Of a stretch of 62,316 nt of DNA, positions 18,994-29,478 are shown piece after piece. Position 1 is the first letter of the stretch, and every line of letters starts with the position of its first letter. Location: assembly GCA_963627615.1 (NCBI GenBank), contig CAVGBV010000002.1, forward strand, positions 1-62,316, in the 5' to 3' direction. The notes beneath the pieces were generated by a model. It did no database searches. It saw nothing but the letters and a program-made list of their open reading frames with translations, and was not told where the DNA came from. The DNA is from Alloprevotella sp. Lineage in GTDB: Bacteria > Bacillota > Clostridia > Lachnospirales > Bianqueaceae. The translations under genes and the position numbers were made by a program.

Positions 18994-19017
18994 CCGGACC
19001 GGGAAAGGGTGAAAGCG

Positions 19018-20418
19018 ATGAAGAGATATCTGCGGCGGGGCCTGGCGCTCCTGCTGGCTGCGTGCCTGCTGCTTGGCATGGCGGGCTGTACGGAAAAATA
19101 CTACAACGGCGGAAAAGCCGTGATTGCGATGGAGAGCAGTACCGAGTCCGAGGTAGATTCCGCGGTGTCCAAGATCAATCGGATCCTGAAGGAAGGCACG
19201 TTGGAGGATCTGATCGCACAGCTTCCTAAAGAAGCGGGAGAGGCGGAAGTGAATCTGACGGACGGCTGGAGTCAGTGGCAGGAGATTCTCGCGCAGCATG
19301 GAGAGCTGAAAAATACCTCCGTTATCGACAGATTTTATTATTGTTATGCCGGGGCGGCGGTAGTCAACTATGAGTTCGAGGATATTACCATGTCCGCGGA
19401 TATGCTGTTCACCAGCGATTACAATCTGGTCTATCTGGACTTCTATGAATCAGCGCTGTCAGCGGAAGCTGCCTATACGCTGCCGGAGGGGCTGGAGGAA
19501 AAGACTGTTAAGATCGGAGAAGGAACCGAATATGAGCTGGAAGGGACGCTGACCTATCCTAAGGGCGGCACAAATCTTCCGGCGGTAGTATTGGTGCATG
19601 GAGTCGGAGCCAATGACCGGGATGAGACGGCGCTCGCGACCAAGATGTTCCGTGATCTGGCCAATGGCCTGGCGCAGCAGGGAATCGCCGTGTTGAGATA
19701 TGATAAGCGGGCGTATACCTATCCGGAGGGATACAGCATTACAGACCTGGATACGCTGACTATTGATTTTCAGACCATCGATGACGCGGTTCTGGCGACA
19801 GAGGTGCTGCGGAAGCAGTCCTGTGTGGATCCGGAGCAGGTCTACATGATCGGACATGATCTGGGCGGATATGTAGCGCCCAGAATCGACTTGCAGGCAG
19901 ATTATGCCGGATACGCGATGATCGCGGTACCCTCCAGAGAGTGGTCGGAGGCCGCGTATGATCAGACCATACGGTACGGCATGAACGGCATGGAGGCGGA
20001 AACAGCGAAATATCTGGAGCCCATGCTGAAGTCCGAGATCGAGTCCATCCGTAAGGTGGATACTTTGGAGGACGATAAGATGACAACGGTCATGCTGAAT
20101 CAGTACGCCTACTTCTGGAAGGATCTGAACGCATATGATTATCCGCAGATGGTTGCGGATACGGATAAGCCGGTAATGATCCTGCAAGGCGGCGCGGACT
20201 ATCAGATTGAAGCGGATGTGGATTATACCGGCTGGCAGGAAAAGCTGGCGGGCAAATCCAATGTTGTCATGAAGCTTTATGACGGCCTCAATCATATGAT
20301 GATGCAGCCGGAAGGATTATACGGCGATGTAACCAAACAATATGCCCGTCCGCTGCATGTCGCGGATGAGGTGATTGCGGATTTGAGCCAGTGGATTTTA
20401 ACACAGTCGGGCAGATAA
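19018..20418 (+). CDS. Lipoprotein, alpha/beta-hydrolase fold with N-terminal accessory domain
   Basis: Lipobox LLLGMAGC after a basic N-terminus. ATG 19018 is preferred over GTG 19009. Hydrolase core VVLVHGVGAND. The nucleophile elbow reads GHDLGG, with Asp rather than Ser. Confidence 0.6.
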   Translation: MKRYLRRGLALLLAACLLLGMAGCTEKYYNGGKAVIAMESSTESEVDSAVSKINRILKEGTLEDLIAQLPKEAGEAEVNLTDGWSQWQEILAQHGELKNTSVIDRFYYCYAGAAVVNYEFEDITMSADMLFTSDYNLVYLDFYESALSAEAAYTLPEGLEEKTVKIGEGTEYELEGTLTYPKGGTNLPAVVLVHGVGANDRDETALATKMFRDLANGLAQQGIAVLRYDKRAYTYPEGYSITDLDTLTIDFQTIDDAVLATEVLRKQSCVDPEQVYMIGHDLGGYVAPRIDLQADYAGYAMIAVPSREWSEAAYDQTIRYGMNGMEAETAKYLEPMLKSEIESIRKVDTLEDDKMTTVMLNQYAYFWKDLNAYDYPQMVADTDKPVMILQGGADYQIEADVDYTGWQEKLAGKSNVVMKLYDGLNHMMMQPEGLYGDVTKQYARPLHVADEVIADLSQWILTQSGR

Positions 20419-20421
20419 AAG

Positions 20422-20442
20422 ACGGGGGATTCCCCGTTTTTT
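20422..20442 (+). terminator. Rho-independent terminator after the lipoprotein hydrolase gene
   Basis: ACGGGG / CCCCGT stem with a GATT loop, followed by TTTTTT. Confidence 0.65.
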
Positions 20443-20468
20443 GTTCTACATAAAGAGGAGGAGGCGCC

Positions 20469-23400
20469 ATGGGATTTACTCACTTGCATGTACATACGGA
20501 ATACAGCCTTTTGGACGGATCATCCAAGATCACGGAAATCGTAAAGCAGGCGAAAGCGCTGGGAATGGAGAATCTGGCCATCACGGATCATGGAGCGATG
20601 TATGGCGTGATTGATTTCTATAAGGAGTGTAAGGCGCAAGGCGTACACCCTGTAATCGGCTGTGAGGTCTATGTGGCGGAGCGGAGCCGTTTTCAGAAGG
20701 AAGGCCGCTCGGATGCAGAGTATTATCATCTGGTGCTTCTGGCAGAGACTCAGCAGGGCTATGAAAATCTGATCAAGATGGTTTCCCTGGGCTTTATAGA
20801 AGGCTTTTACTATAAACCCAGGATTGATCTGGATCTTTTGCGGGAGAATCATGAAGGAATTATTGCCCTGAGCGCCTGTTTGGCCGGGGCTGTTCCGCGT
20901 GCCTTGATCGGCTCGGGCTATGAAAAGGCCAAGGAGGTCGCACTGGAATATGCCGAAATCATGGGAGAGGGCAATTTCTATCTGGAGCTCCAGGATCATG
21001 GGATTCCGGAGCAGGCACAGGTCAATCAGCAGCTGCTGCGGATGAGCCGGGAGACCGGTTTGCCGCTGGTGGCGACCAACGACGTACATTATACATACAA
21101 AGAAGATGCGGCGGCTCATGATATTTTGCTGTGCATTCAGACTGGGAAAAAGGTGGATGATCAGGACCGAATGCGCTATGAGGGCGGACAGTTCTACCTG
21201 AAATCTCCGGAAGAGATGGCGGAGCTTTTTCCCTATGCGCCGCAGGCGATTGCCAACACCGAGGAGATTGCCAGGCGCTGCCAGGTGGAATTTAAATTTC
21301 ATGAGCTGAAGCTCCCTGCTTATGATGTGCCGCAGGGGTATGATGCCCGCGGGTATCTGCGGATGCTCTGTGAAAAAGGACTTTCGGAGCGTTATGCGCA
21401 GGAGACGCCGGAACTGAGAGAACGGCTGGAATATGAGCTGGGCGTCATCGAGAAGATGGGATATGTGGATTATTTCCTGATTGTATGGGATTTTATCAAC
21501 TATGCCAAATCCCAGGGGATCATGGTAGGACCGGGCCGCGGATCGGCTGCGGGCAGTGTGGTGGCGTATTGTCTGCGGATTACGGATATTGAGCCGACAC
21601 AGTACAGTCTGATTTTTGAGCGTTTCCTGAATCCGGAACGAGTCAGTATGCCGGATATCGACGTGGATTTCTGCTACCGCAGGCGGCAGGAAGTGATCGA
21701 GTATGTGACCAGAAAGTACGGAGCGGACCGGGTAAGTCAGATCATCACGTTTGGTACCATGGCGGCGCGGCTCGTGATTCGGGATGTAGGACGGGCGCTG
21801 GACATGCCTTACGGCGAGGTGGATAAGATTGCCAAGATGATTCCGCGGGACCTGGGAATGACAATTGATAAAGCGCTGGAAGTCAATCCGGAATTGGCGG
21901 GACTCTATAAGAGCGATGAGCGGATCAAGAAGCTGATTGATATGTCGCTGCGTCTGGAAGGACTGCCGCGTCATGCTTCGACCCATGCGGCCGGCGTCGT
22001 GATCTCCAAGCGCCCGGTCATGGATTATGTACCGCTGGCGACCAATGACGGAGCACCGGTGACGCAGTTCACGATGACGACTATCGAGGAGCTGGGTCTT
22101 CTGAAGATGGACTTTCTGGGACTGCGGACACTGACTGTGATTCAGGACGCGTTGGATCTGGTGGAAAAGCAGTATGGGAAAAAGATCAAGACGGACGAGA
22201 TCCCTATGAATGATCCGGAAGTATACCAGACGATCGGCGCGGGCAAAACCGTGGGAATCTTTCAGCTGGAGAGCGGCGGCATGACTTCTTTTATGAAGGA
22301 GCTGCGCCCGGAGGGGATTGAGGACATCATCGCCGGAATCTCCCTCTATCGCCCGGGGCCGATGGACTTTATCCCGAAATATGTAGAAGGGAAAAAACAT
22401 CCGGAAGCGGTGAAGTATACGGCGCCGCAGCTGGAACCGATCCTGAGCGCCACCTACGGCTGCATTGTCTATCAGGAGCAGGTCATGCAGATCGTTCGGG
22501 ACTTGGCAGGCTATACCATGGGACGTGCGGACCTGGTACGTAAGGCAATGTCCAAGAAAAAAGCGGACGTGATGGCCAGAGAGCGGCAGTTTTTCGTCTA
22601 TGGCAATGAAGAAGAAGGCGTTCCGGGATGCGTCAAAAGGGGCGTCAGCGCGGAGCAGGCGGAGAAGATCTTTGACGAGATGACTGATTTTGCCAAGTAT
22701 GCCTTTAATAAGGCCCACGCGGCTTGCTATGCCGTGGTGGCATATCAGACCGCCTGGCTCAAGGTGCATTATCCGGTGGAATTTATGGCGGCGCTGCTGA
22801 CATCTGTCATCGATCATCCGGGAAAAGTCGCGGAATACATCCAGAGTCTCAAGGCGATGAATATCGAGTTGACTTCTCCGGATATCAATGAAGGATATAC
22901 CGGATTTTCCGTGTCAGCGGATCATCGGATCCGGTATGGATTGTCGTCGATTAAAGGTGTCGGCCAGTCCATAGTTGACAGGATTGTAGCAGAACGGGAA
23001 AAAGCGGGGCCGTTCCGGAGTATGACGGACTTTTGCCGTAGAATGCAGGGAGCGGATATGAACCGGAAAGTGCTGGAGAATCTGATCAAGGCGGGAGCCT
23101 TTGATTCTTTCGGCGGGAGCCGGCGGGAGTATCTTGAGCAGAGCGGCACGGCGATCGCGGCGGCTGCGCAATGGTACAAAAATCAGCTTTCTGGACAGAT
23201 GGATCTGTTTGGTATGGGAGATGAAGAAGGAGAAAAGGACGTAGCGGACCGGCTGCAGGGATTAGCGGAATATCCGCAGGAACAGAAGCTGGCGCTGGAG
23301 AAAGAGGTTCTGGGAATCTATCTGACAGGACATCCGCTGCAGGAGTACGAAGAAGAGTGGCGCAGGGTGATCAGCCGCAACGCGGGGGATTTCCGATGGG

Positions 23401-24023
23401 ATGAAGAAGAGGAACGATGCGGAGTGATAGATGGTGAAACCGCGACGATCGGCGGCGTCATCATGAATCTGCAGACCAAGATCACCAAGAGTAATAAGAT
23501 GATGGCGTTTGTCACACTGGAGGATCTCTACGGCAGTGTAGAGGTGCTGCTCTTTCCGAATGTCTATGAAGAAGCGAGGCAGTATCTCGCGACAGATGCC
23601 AGAGTGTTTGTGCGGGGGCGAGTGAGCGTAGGCGATGATGAGAACGCCAAGATGGTTGCCCAGGCGGTAGCGCCCTTTGGGCAGGCTGCGGCGTTGGGCA
23701 GTGAACAGCAGGTGTACCGCAGACGGTATGAGGGACGCGGAACGCAGGTGGCTCCGGCGGCGATGGCTGCGGCAGAGGCGGCGCAGAAGGAGAATACCAA
23801 AGTGCTGTGGCTGCGGCTGGCAGGACAGGCGGATTGGGAGAGCAAGCAGCAGGAGCTGCTGAATCTTTTCCGGCAGTATCCGGGACCGTACGATCTGTAT
23901 CTGTATCTGACAGCGGAGAAGCAGCGCTTAAAAGCTCCGGCGGCATACAGGATCTCTAAGAGCTCAGAATTGTATAATAAGCTGGAGACGCTGTTGGGAG
24001 CCGGATCCGTCGTCTGGCGCTGA
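20469..24023 (+). CDS. dnaE: DNA polymerase III alpha subunit (DnaE type)
   Basis: 1184 aa. PHP domain HLHVHTEYSLLDG, catalytic MPDIDVDF, C-terminal OB fold. Confidence 0.96.
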   Translation: MGFTHLHVHTEYSLLDGSSKITEIVKQAKALGMENLAITDHGAMYGVIDFYKECKAQGVHPVIGCEVYVAERSRFQKEGRSDAEYYHLVLLAETQQGYENLIKMVSLGFIEGFYYKPRIDLDLLRENHEGIIALSACLAGAVPRALIGSGYEKAKEVALEYAEIMGEGNFYLELQDHGIPEQAQVNQQLLRMSRETGLPLVATNDVHYTYKEDAAAHDILLCIQTGKKVDDQDRMRYEGGQFYLKSPEEMAELFPYAPQAIANTEEIARRCQVEFKFHELKLPAYDVPQGYDARGYLRMLCEKGLSERYAQETPELRERLEYELGVIEKMGYVDYFLIVWDFINYAKSQGIMVGPGRGSAAGSVVAYCLRITDIEPTQYSLIFERFLNPERVSMPDIDVDFCYRRRQEVIEYVTRKYGADRVSQIITFGTMAARLVIRDVGRALDMPYGEVDKIAKMIPRDLGMTIDKALEVNPELAGLYKSDERIKKLIDMSLRLEGLPRHASTHAAGVVISKRPVMDYVPLATNDGAPVTQFTMTTIEELGLLKMDFLGLRTLTVIQDALDLVEKQYGKKIKTDEIPMNDPEVYQTIGAGKTVGIFQLESGGMTSFMKELRPEGIEDIIAGISLYRPGPMDFIPKYVEGKKHPEAVKYTAPQLEPILSATYGCIVYQEQVMQIVRDLAGYTMGRADLVRKAMSKKKADVMARERQFFVYGNEEEGVPGCVKRGVSAEQAEKIFDEMTDFAKYAFNKAHAACYAVVAYQTAWLKVHYPVEFMAALLTSVIDHPGKVAEYIQSLKAMNIELTSPDINEGYTGFSVSADHRIRYGLSSIKGVGQSIVDRIVAEREKAGPFRSMTDFCRRMQGADMNRKVLENLIKAGAFDSFGGSRREYLEQSGTAIAAAAQWYKNQLSGQMDLFGMGDEEGEKDVADRLQGLAEYPQEQKLALEKEVLGIYLTGHPLQEYEEEWRRVISRNAGDFRWDEEEERCGVIDGETATIGGVIMNLQTKITKSNKMMAFVTLEDLYGSVEVLLFPNVYEEARQYLATDARVFVRGRVSVGDDENAKMVAQAVAPFGQAAALGSEQQVYRRRYEGRGTQVAPAAMAAAEAAQKENTKVLWLRLAGQADWESKQQELLNLFRQYPGPYDLYLYLTAEKQRLKAPAAYRISKSSELYNKLETLLGAGSVVWR

Positions 24024-24050
24024 AGGCCGCGAGTTTTCATAAAAAAGGAC

Positions 24051-24079
24051 TTGAAATTTGATCTTTCATCGTGTACAAT
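24051..24079 (+). promoter_or_regulatory. SigA-type promoter upstream of pfkA
   Basis: TTGAAA (24051-24056), 17 nt, TACAAT (24074-24079), preceded by GTG (extended -10). Confidence 0.45.
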
Positions 24080-24159
24080 AAAATCGGAGGGATTTGCGAT
24101 TCATGCGTCCCTTGAAATCTGAATAGGAATGTGCCGTTATATAGAAAGGATGATTAGTC

Positions 24160-25140
24160 ATGGAGGGCAGTCTCAGAACGGTTGGAGTGTTGACCAGCGG
24201 AGGAGATGCACCGGGAATGAACGCGTGTATTCGTGCGGTAGTCAGAAGCGCCCTGAACAGGGGATGCCGTGTTATGGGAATCCGTAAGGGGTATGCCGGA
24301 TTGCTGAAGGGCGACGTGCTGGATATGCATGCCAACAGTGTCGCGGATATTATTCATCGTGGCGGTACGATTTTATATACCGCACGGTGTCCGGAGTTCC
24401 TGGAGGCGGAGTATCAGGACCGCGCGGCGGAGATGTGCCGTATTTTCGGAATCGATGGATTGGTGATCATTGGCGGAGACGGTTCTTTCCGCGGAGCGCA
24501 GAAGCTGTCCCAGAGAGGCATCAGCGTGGTAGGTGTTCCCGGTACGATCGATCTGGATATCGCCTGTTCCGAGTATACGATAGGATTTGATACAGCGACG
24601 AATATCGCGGTAGAAGCGGTCGCGAGACTGCGGGATACTTCCACATCCCATGAGCGCTGCAGCGTTGTTGAGGTTATGGGCCGTAACTGCGGAGAATTGG
24701 CTCTGTGGACAGGAATCTCTACGGGAGCGGACGCGATCATGATTCCGGAGGACGCGGAGTCTCAGAGTTTTGACCATCTGATCCGCGTGATTATGGAGAA
24801 CCGTGCCCGCGGCAAGAAGCATAACATTATCATCGTTGCGGAGGGCGTAGGACATGCCGAGGAATTGGCGCAGCGGATTCATGAGGTAACAGGCATTGAG
24901 TCCCGGGCAACGATTCTGGGCCATGTACAGCGCGGCGGACGTCCGACGGCGCTGGATATCAAGCATGCTTCCATGATGGGATATCTGGCGGTAGAGGCGT
25001 TGTACCGCGGAGAGACCAATCGGATTATCGGCGTGCAGAAGGGACAGTATGTGGATCTGGACATCGACGAGGCTCTGGCAATGAAGCGGAAGCCGTCAAT
25101 GGATATCTGGAATGCCAACCTGCACATAAGTACATATTAA
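24160..25140 (+). CDS. pfkA: ATP-dependent 6-phosphofructokinase
   Basis: GVLTSGGDAPGMNA, IGGDGS, PGTIDLD, VEVMGR, GHVQRGG. Confidence 0.93.
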   Translation: MEGSLRTVGVLTSGGDAPGMNACIRAVVRSALNRGCRVMGIRKGYAGLLKGDVLDMHANSVADIIHRGGTILYTARCPEFLEAEYQDRAAEMCRIFGIDGLVIIGGDGSFRGAQKLSQRGISVVGVPGTIDLDIACSEYTIGFDTATNIAVEAVARLRDTSTSHERCSVVEVMGRNCGELALWTGISTGADAIMIPEDAESQSFDHLIRVIMENRARGKKHNIIIVAEGVGHAEELAQRIHEVTGIESRATILGHVQRGGRPTALDIKHASMMGYLAVEALYRGETNRIIGVQKGQYVDLDIDEALAMKRKPSMDIWNANLHISTY

Positions 25141-25153
25141 TAAGGATCTGTCA

Positions 25154-27844
25154 ATGAAAAAGAGGGAAATTCTGATACCGGTCATTTTGACCGGTATCCT
25201 TAGTTCTATTGTTTATTTGCTGTTTCAGCTGTTTCCGTATGGAAAGCTGACGTTGGCCTGGTGCGACGCAAGACAGCAAGTCGTGCCGTTGCTGCTGGAT
25301 CTGAAGGATATGCTGTGTGGGGAACAGTCCGTATTCTTAAATCTGCAGAATGCCGGTGGTATGGATATGTGGGGCGTGCTGTTCTTCTTTGTAGCAAGCC
25401 CGCTGCATATGCTGACAGTTTTTGTGCCGGATGAGGGGATGTTCGGCTTTTTTAATATTCTGGTTGTCATGAAGCTGATGCTTTGCGCGGCTTCAGCATA
25501 TTGGTTCTTTCGGAGGAAGTTCCCGGAGCTGGGGATGGGGCTGGTCTCCGCGCTGGCGCTGATGTATGCGTTCTGCGGATTTAATATGATGTTCTACCAG
25601 AATGTGATCTGGCTGGATACGGCGTATTTGTTCCCGGTGCTCCTGATGGGGCTGGACAGATTGCTGCGCGAGGCAAAACCGGGACTCTATATCGGTGTTC
25701 TGTGTGCGGAGCTGTTTGTCAATTATTATATGAGTTATATGGTGGTCCTGTTTCTGCTGATTGGATCGGGACTGTATCTGTGTATGTGCTGCAGCCGCGC
25801 GGAGAGACGCCGCGGGGCGCTGCTCTTTATTCTGTCCAGTGCTGTGGCGGCTTGTCTTACCGCTTGTATCTGGCTGCCCTGTCTGGGAGCCTATCTGGAG
25901 TCCGCCAGAGGGTCAAATCTGATGCAGAATTTGAAGAGAAGTCCCCTGCTGCCATCCTTGGTGACTACGATACCGCTTCTGTTTTGTACGGGGATCTTTG
26001 TGCCGTCCCTGCTCTTTTTCCCGTATCACCGGATGAAAAAACGGCCGGGATTGGTATGGATTCTGATTATGACGATTCTGATGATCCTGCCGCTTTGTCT
26101 GGAACCGATCAACAAGATCTGGCATACGGGCAGCTATCAGTGCTTCCCGGCCAGGTACGGGTATATCACATCTTTTTTGATGCTGATGACTGCGGCCTGC
26201 GCGTTGTCGGAGATTCTTCGGAGTAAGTCGGCCCAGCCCGCGCCGGAATCGGTACAGGACGCGGCACGGTCGGGCGTCCGCATGATGGCGGCATCTGTCA
26301 TCTGCGTGGCCTGTGTGGCATTGTTGGCCGCTTTTTTGCTGCCCTATATGCAGGAAGAAAAAGAGACCATGAATGCGTATACCACGGGACTATGGGGAGA
26401 TGCGGAATCCTTCCGCGCACTGGCCTACGCTGCGGCGGCTGTGAGTGCGGTATACCTGATCGTGTTGGCTCTGGGACGCTTGGGCTGGCTGCATAAAGGG
26501 GCGCTGGCTGCGGCGCTGTTGGGCGTGCTGTTGGTTGAGAGCGTTTTCAACGGCGGTGTGTACATGGGGTATCCGGCGGCGGATCAGAGCGGATACAATG
26601 ATATTCTGGATCTGGGGCAGCATCTGCAGGAGCAGGGATTTTACCGGGTCAAGACGCAGCGTAGGGAGGTGGAGGCCAACTGGATGGGCGCGGCCGGACT
26701 GCCAACGCTGTCGCACTATACGTCGCTTACAGGAGAAGATTATCTGTTTGCTATGAAGAAGTTGGGCTATTCCGCCTATTGGATGGAGGCGGATTCTCAG
26801 GGCGGAACTCAGTTTACGGATGCGCTCCTGTCCAATCTATATACAGTTAAGCGGATACAGGAAGTCGCGGCAGGGGATACGGTCGTGTATCAGAATGCGA
26901 GATATGCTCTCATTCTGAATCCTTATCGGCTGCCGTCCGCGCTGATCAGCGATGTCAGCTGGCCCGCGGTGGCGCAGATGGGGACGGGAGATCGCTTTGA
27001 AGCGCAGAACCGTCTGTATCAGAGCCTGTTAGGGACGCAGGAGAATTTGTTTGTCCGTTACGATCCGGCAGAATGGAAGAATCTGACCTATGAGAATGGA
27101 AAAATCACCCTGGCAGAGGGTGAGAAGATCGGGATGATTACCTATTATATTCGTGTAGAAGGACGGCAGACACTGTATTTCGACTGCTTTGGCGGGCGGT
27201 ATACGACAAGGCTGTCCGAGGCGGAGAATGGGGCTTGTACGGTCATGGTGAATAACCGGCTGCTTGAGTCGGATTACCCGGCTAAAAAGATCAACGGCAT
27301 CCTGGAGCTGGGAACCTTTGAAGACGAAGAGGTCAAGATAGAGATCGGGATCAGTAAAAATATCAGTCCGGCATCTTTTGGCGTGGCGGGACTCTCAGAA
27401 GAAACGATGCAGAACCTGGAAAAGGAAGCTAGAGGGACGGAATTGGAGATTCTGGGGAGTACGGTTCGCGCCTATGTACAGAATGGAAGGGCAGGACAGA
27501 CCATGCTGATTCCGTTGGCATACCATAAAGGGTATGAAGTGCGGATCAATGGAAAAAAAGCGCAGGTGAATGAAGCTCTGGGCGGATTCATGTCGGTAAC
27601 GCTGGTGAGCGGAGAAAACAGGGTGGAACTGATATACCATACGCCGGGATTGCGCCTGGGGCTCGGAATTGGTGTTTTGGGACTGGGAGCGGCCGGGCTT
27701 CTGCTCTGGAAACGAAAGCGCGTCGCGGCGTATAAAGGCAGAGGCTATAAGATTGCAGGCGTTTTGCCCTATCTGTGGCTTGTGGGAATGATTGCGGTAA
27801 TATATATTATGCCAATGCTAGTAGCACGAGGAGGGTGGAAGTAA
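25154..27844 (+). CDS. YfhO-family polytopic membrane protein (putative glycosyl/lipid-linked sugar transferase)
   Basis: 896 aa. More than 10 N-terminal TM helices, a large extracytoplasmic domain and a terminal TM helix; this architecture and the N-terminal block are typical of YfhO. Confidence 0.65.
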   Translation: MKKREILIPVILTGILSSIVYLLFQLFPYGKLTLAWCDARQQVVPLLLDLKDMLCGEQSVFLNLQNAGGMDMWGVLFFFVASPLHMLTVFVPDEGMFGFFNILVVMKLMLCAASAYWFFRRKFPELGMGLVSALALMYAFCGFNMMFYQNVIWLDTAYLFPVLLMGLDRLLREAKPGLYIGVLCAELFVNYYMSYMVVLFLLIGSGLYLCMCCSRAERRRGALLFILSSAVAACLTACIWLPCLGAYLESARGSNLMQNLKRSPLLPSLVTTIPLLFCTGIFVPSLLFFPYHRMKKRPGLVWILIMTILMILPLCLEPINKIWHTGSYQCFPARYGYITSFLMLMTAACALSEILRSKSAQPAPESVQDAARSGVRMMAASVICVACVALLAAFLLPYMQEEKETMNAYTTGLWGDAESFRALAYAAAAVSAVYLIVLALGRLGWLHKGALAAALLGVLLVESVFNGGVYMGYPAADQSGYNDILDLGQHLQEQGFYRVKTQRREVEANWMGAAGLPTLSHYTSLTGEDYLFAMKKLGYSAYWMEADSQGGTQFTDALLSNLYTVKRIQEVAAGDTVVYQNARYALILNPYRLPSALISDVSWPAVAQMGTGDRFEAQNRLYQSLLGTQENLFVRYDPAEWKNLTYENGKITLAEGEKIGMITYYIRVEGRQTLYFDCFGGRYTTRLSEAENGACTVMVNNRLLESDYPAKKINGILELGTFEDEEVKIEIGISKNISPASFGVAGLSEETMQNLEKEARGTELEILGSTVRAYVQNGRAGQTMLIPLAYHKGYEVRINGKKAQVNEALGGFMSVTLVSGENRVELIYHTPGLRLGLGIGVLGLGAAGLLLWKRKRVAAYKGRGYKIAGVLPYLWLVGMIAVIYIMPMLVARGGWK

Positions 27845-28969
27845 ATGAAAAAGATTCATGTGGATGTGCGGGTAAAGCCGTTGAGCTATGAGGTGCGGAT
27901 CGGGACAGGAATTCTGACAGAGCTTGCCTCGGATCTGCGGGAGAGGCCCTTGGGCAAACGGTATGCCGTTATTACGGACAGCCAGGTTGGACGGCTGCAC
28001 GGGGACACGCTTATGGGGGCTCTGGAGCATGCTGGATTGAAGGCGCAGCTTTTTGTGTTTCCGGCGGGAGAGTCCAGCAAGAACCGACAGGAGAAGGAAC
28101 GCCTGGAGGACGCGATGCTGGAGGCGGGATTGGGCCGGGATTCGGCAGTGATTGCTCTTGGCGGCGGAGTTGTCGGAGACCTTGCGGGTTTTGTGGCGGC
28201 GACGTATATGCGGGGAGTTCCGGTGATTCAGGTGCCGACTACGACGCTGGCGATGGCAGATTCCGCGATTGGCAGCAAGACAGCGGTGGATGTACCCTAC
28301 GGCAAGAATTTGATCGGAGCCTTTCATAGTCCGGAAGCTGTATACATGGATATGAACCTTTTAAGTACGCTGGACGAGCGCAATTATTATGCAGGACTGG
28401 TGGAGCTGATTAAGCACGGGTTTATTCAGCGGCCGTCGCTGCAGGAGTATCTTGCGGAGCATAAGGAGACAATTGTTTCCAGAGGCGGAGCGGAGTATCC
28501 GGTGGTGATGGAGGAGCTGCTGTATCAGAACAGCGCCGTCAAAAATGATGTGGTCAGTCAGGATCAGAAGGAGAATAATCTTCGTAAGATTCTGAACTAT
28601 GGACATACACTGGGGCACGCGGTGGAGATGAGCAGTAATTTTCAGATGATCCATGGAGAGTGTGTGGCGGTCGGTATCGCGTACGCGGCATATCTCGCGC
28701 ACAAGCTGGGATTGTGCGATGAGGATTGGGCCGGAGAGCAGATTCGGATCCTCAGGGAATATCACCAGGGATGCCGGATTCCGGAAGGAATTTCGACGGA
28801 TACGCTGATTGAGGTCATGAAGCATGATAAAAAAGCAAGAAACGGCCAGATAGAGTTTGTCCTTTTGGCAGGTCCCGGACAACCGGTACAACAGAATGGA
28901 GAGTACGGTATACCTGTAAAAGAAGATGTACTGCGCCAGACGATTGAAGAATTCAGAAAAATTCAATAA
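27845..28969 (+). CDS. aroB: 3-dehydroquinate synthase family protein
   Basis: GGGVVGDLAGFVAATYMRG nucleotide-binding motif and metal-ligand block YGHTLGHAVE. The ATG immediately follows the yfhO-like stop. Confidence 0.8.
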   Translation: MKKIHVDVRVKPLSYEVRIGTGILTELASDLRERPLGKRYAVITDSQVGRLHGDTLMGALEHAGLKAQLFVFPAGESSKNRQEKERLEDAMLEAGLGRDSAVIALGGGVVGDLAGFVAATYMRGVPVIQVPTTTLAMADSAIGSKTAVDVPYGKNLIGAFHSPEAVYMDMNLLSTLDERNYYAGLVELIKHGFIQRPSLQEYLAEHKETIVSRGGAEYPVVMEELLYQNSAVKNDVVSQDQKENNLRKILNYGHTLGHAVEMSSNFQMIHGECVAVGIAYAAYLAHKLGLCDEDWAGEQIRILREYHQGCRIPEGISTDTLIEVMKHDKKARNGQIEFVLLAGPGQPVQQNGEYGIPVKEDVLRQTIEEFRKIQ

Positions 28970-28983
28970 TTTCAAAAAAACTA

Positions 28984-29012
28984 TTGCGATTGGATGGAGA
29001 GTATGGTATACT
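28984..29012 (+). promoter_or_regulatory. Distal promoter upstream of rpsF
   Basis: TTGCGA (28984-28989), 17 nt, TATACT (29007-29012). Confidence 0.4.
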
Positions 29013-29066
29013 GGAGACATCTGGGAGATGCGCCGGCAAAATTTCTCTAGAATTTTAAAATAATCC

Positions 29067-29095
29067 TTGCTATTCACTCAAAGATATAGTATAAT
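29067..29095 (+). promoter_or_regulatory. Proximal promoter upstream of rpsF-ssb-rpsR
   Basis: TTGCTA (29067-29072), 17 nt, TATAAT (29090-29095). Confidence 0.5.
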
Positions 29096-29162
29096 AAAAA
29101 ACTGAACGATTATCCTTGCTCTTGCCAGTGCAAGGGCCAAAGTCCAAAAGGAGGTGTAGACG

Positions 29163-29450
29163 ATGAACAAGTACGAGGTTGCAGTTGTAGTATCCGCTCA
29201 GATTACAGATGAGGAGCGTGCTGCAGTTGTAGAGCAGGTTAAGGCTTACATCGCACGTCGTGGTGGTAATGTTACGGAAGTCGAAGATTGGGGCAAGCGC
29301 CGTCTTGCTTACGAGATCGCTAAGCAGTCCGAGGGTTACTATTACTTCGTAAAGGTAGATGCAGAGCCGACAATGAGCGTTGAGCTGGAGAAGGACCTGC
29401 GTATCATGGAGAACGTGCTTCGCTATCTGATCGTAAGAGAAGAAGAGTGA
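29163..29450 (+). CDS. rpsF: 30S ribosomal protein S6
   Basis: 95 aa, MNKYEVAVVV...WGKRRLAYEI; rpsF-ssb-rpsR order. Confidence 0.95.
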   Translation: MNKYEVAVVVSAQITDEERAAVVEQVKAYIARRGGNVTEVEDWGKRRLAYEIAKQSEGYYYFVKVDAEPTMSVELEKDLRIMENVLRYLIVREEE

Positions 29451-29478
29451 GCAGCATTGAAGCCGGGGAGGTTTTTCA

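Noticed and set aside
29114-29135. S6:S18 autoregulatory leader structure upstream of rpsF.
   Set aside because: Only a 6-bp hairpin (CCTTGC/GCAAGG) and a duplicated ATCCTTGCT word are visible. That is insufficient to call the motif without a covariance model.
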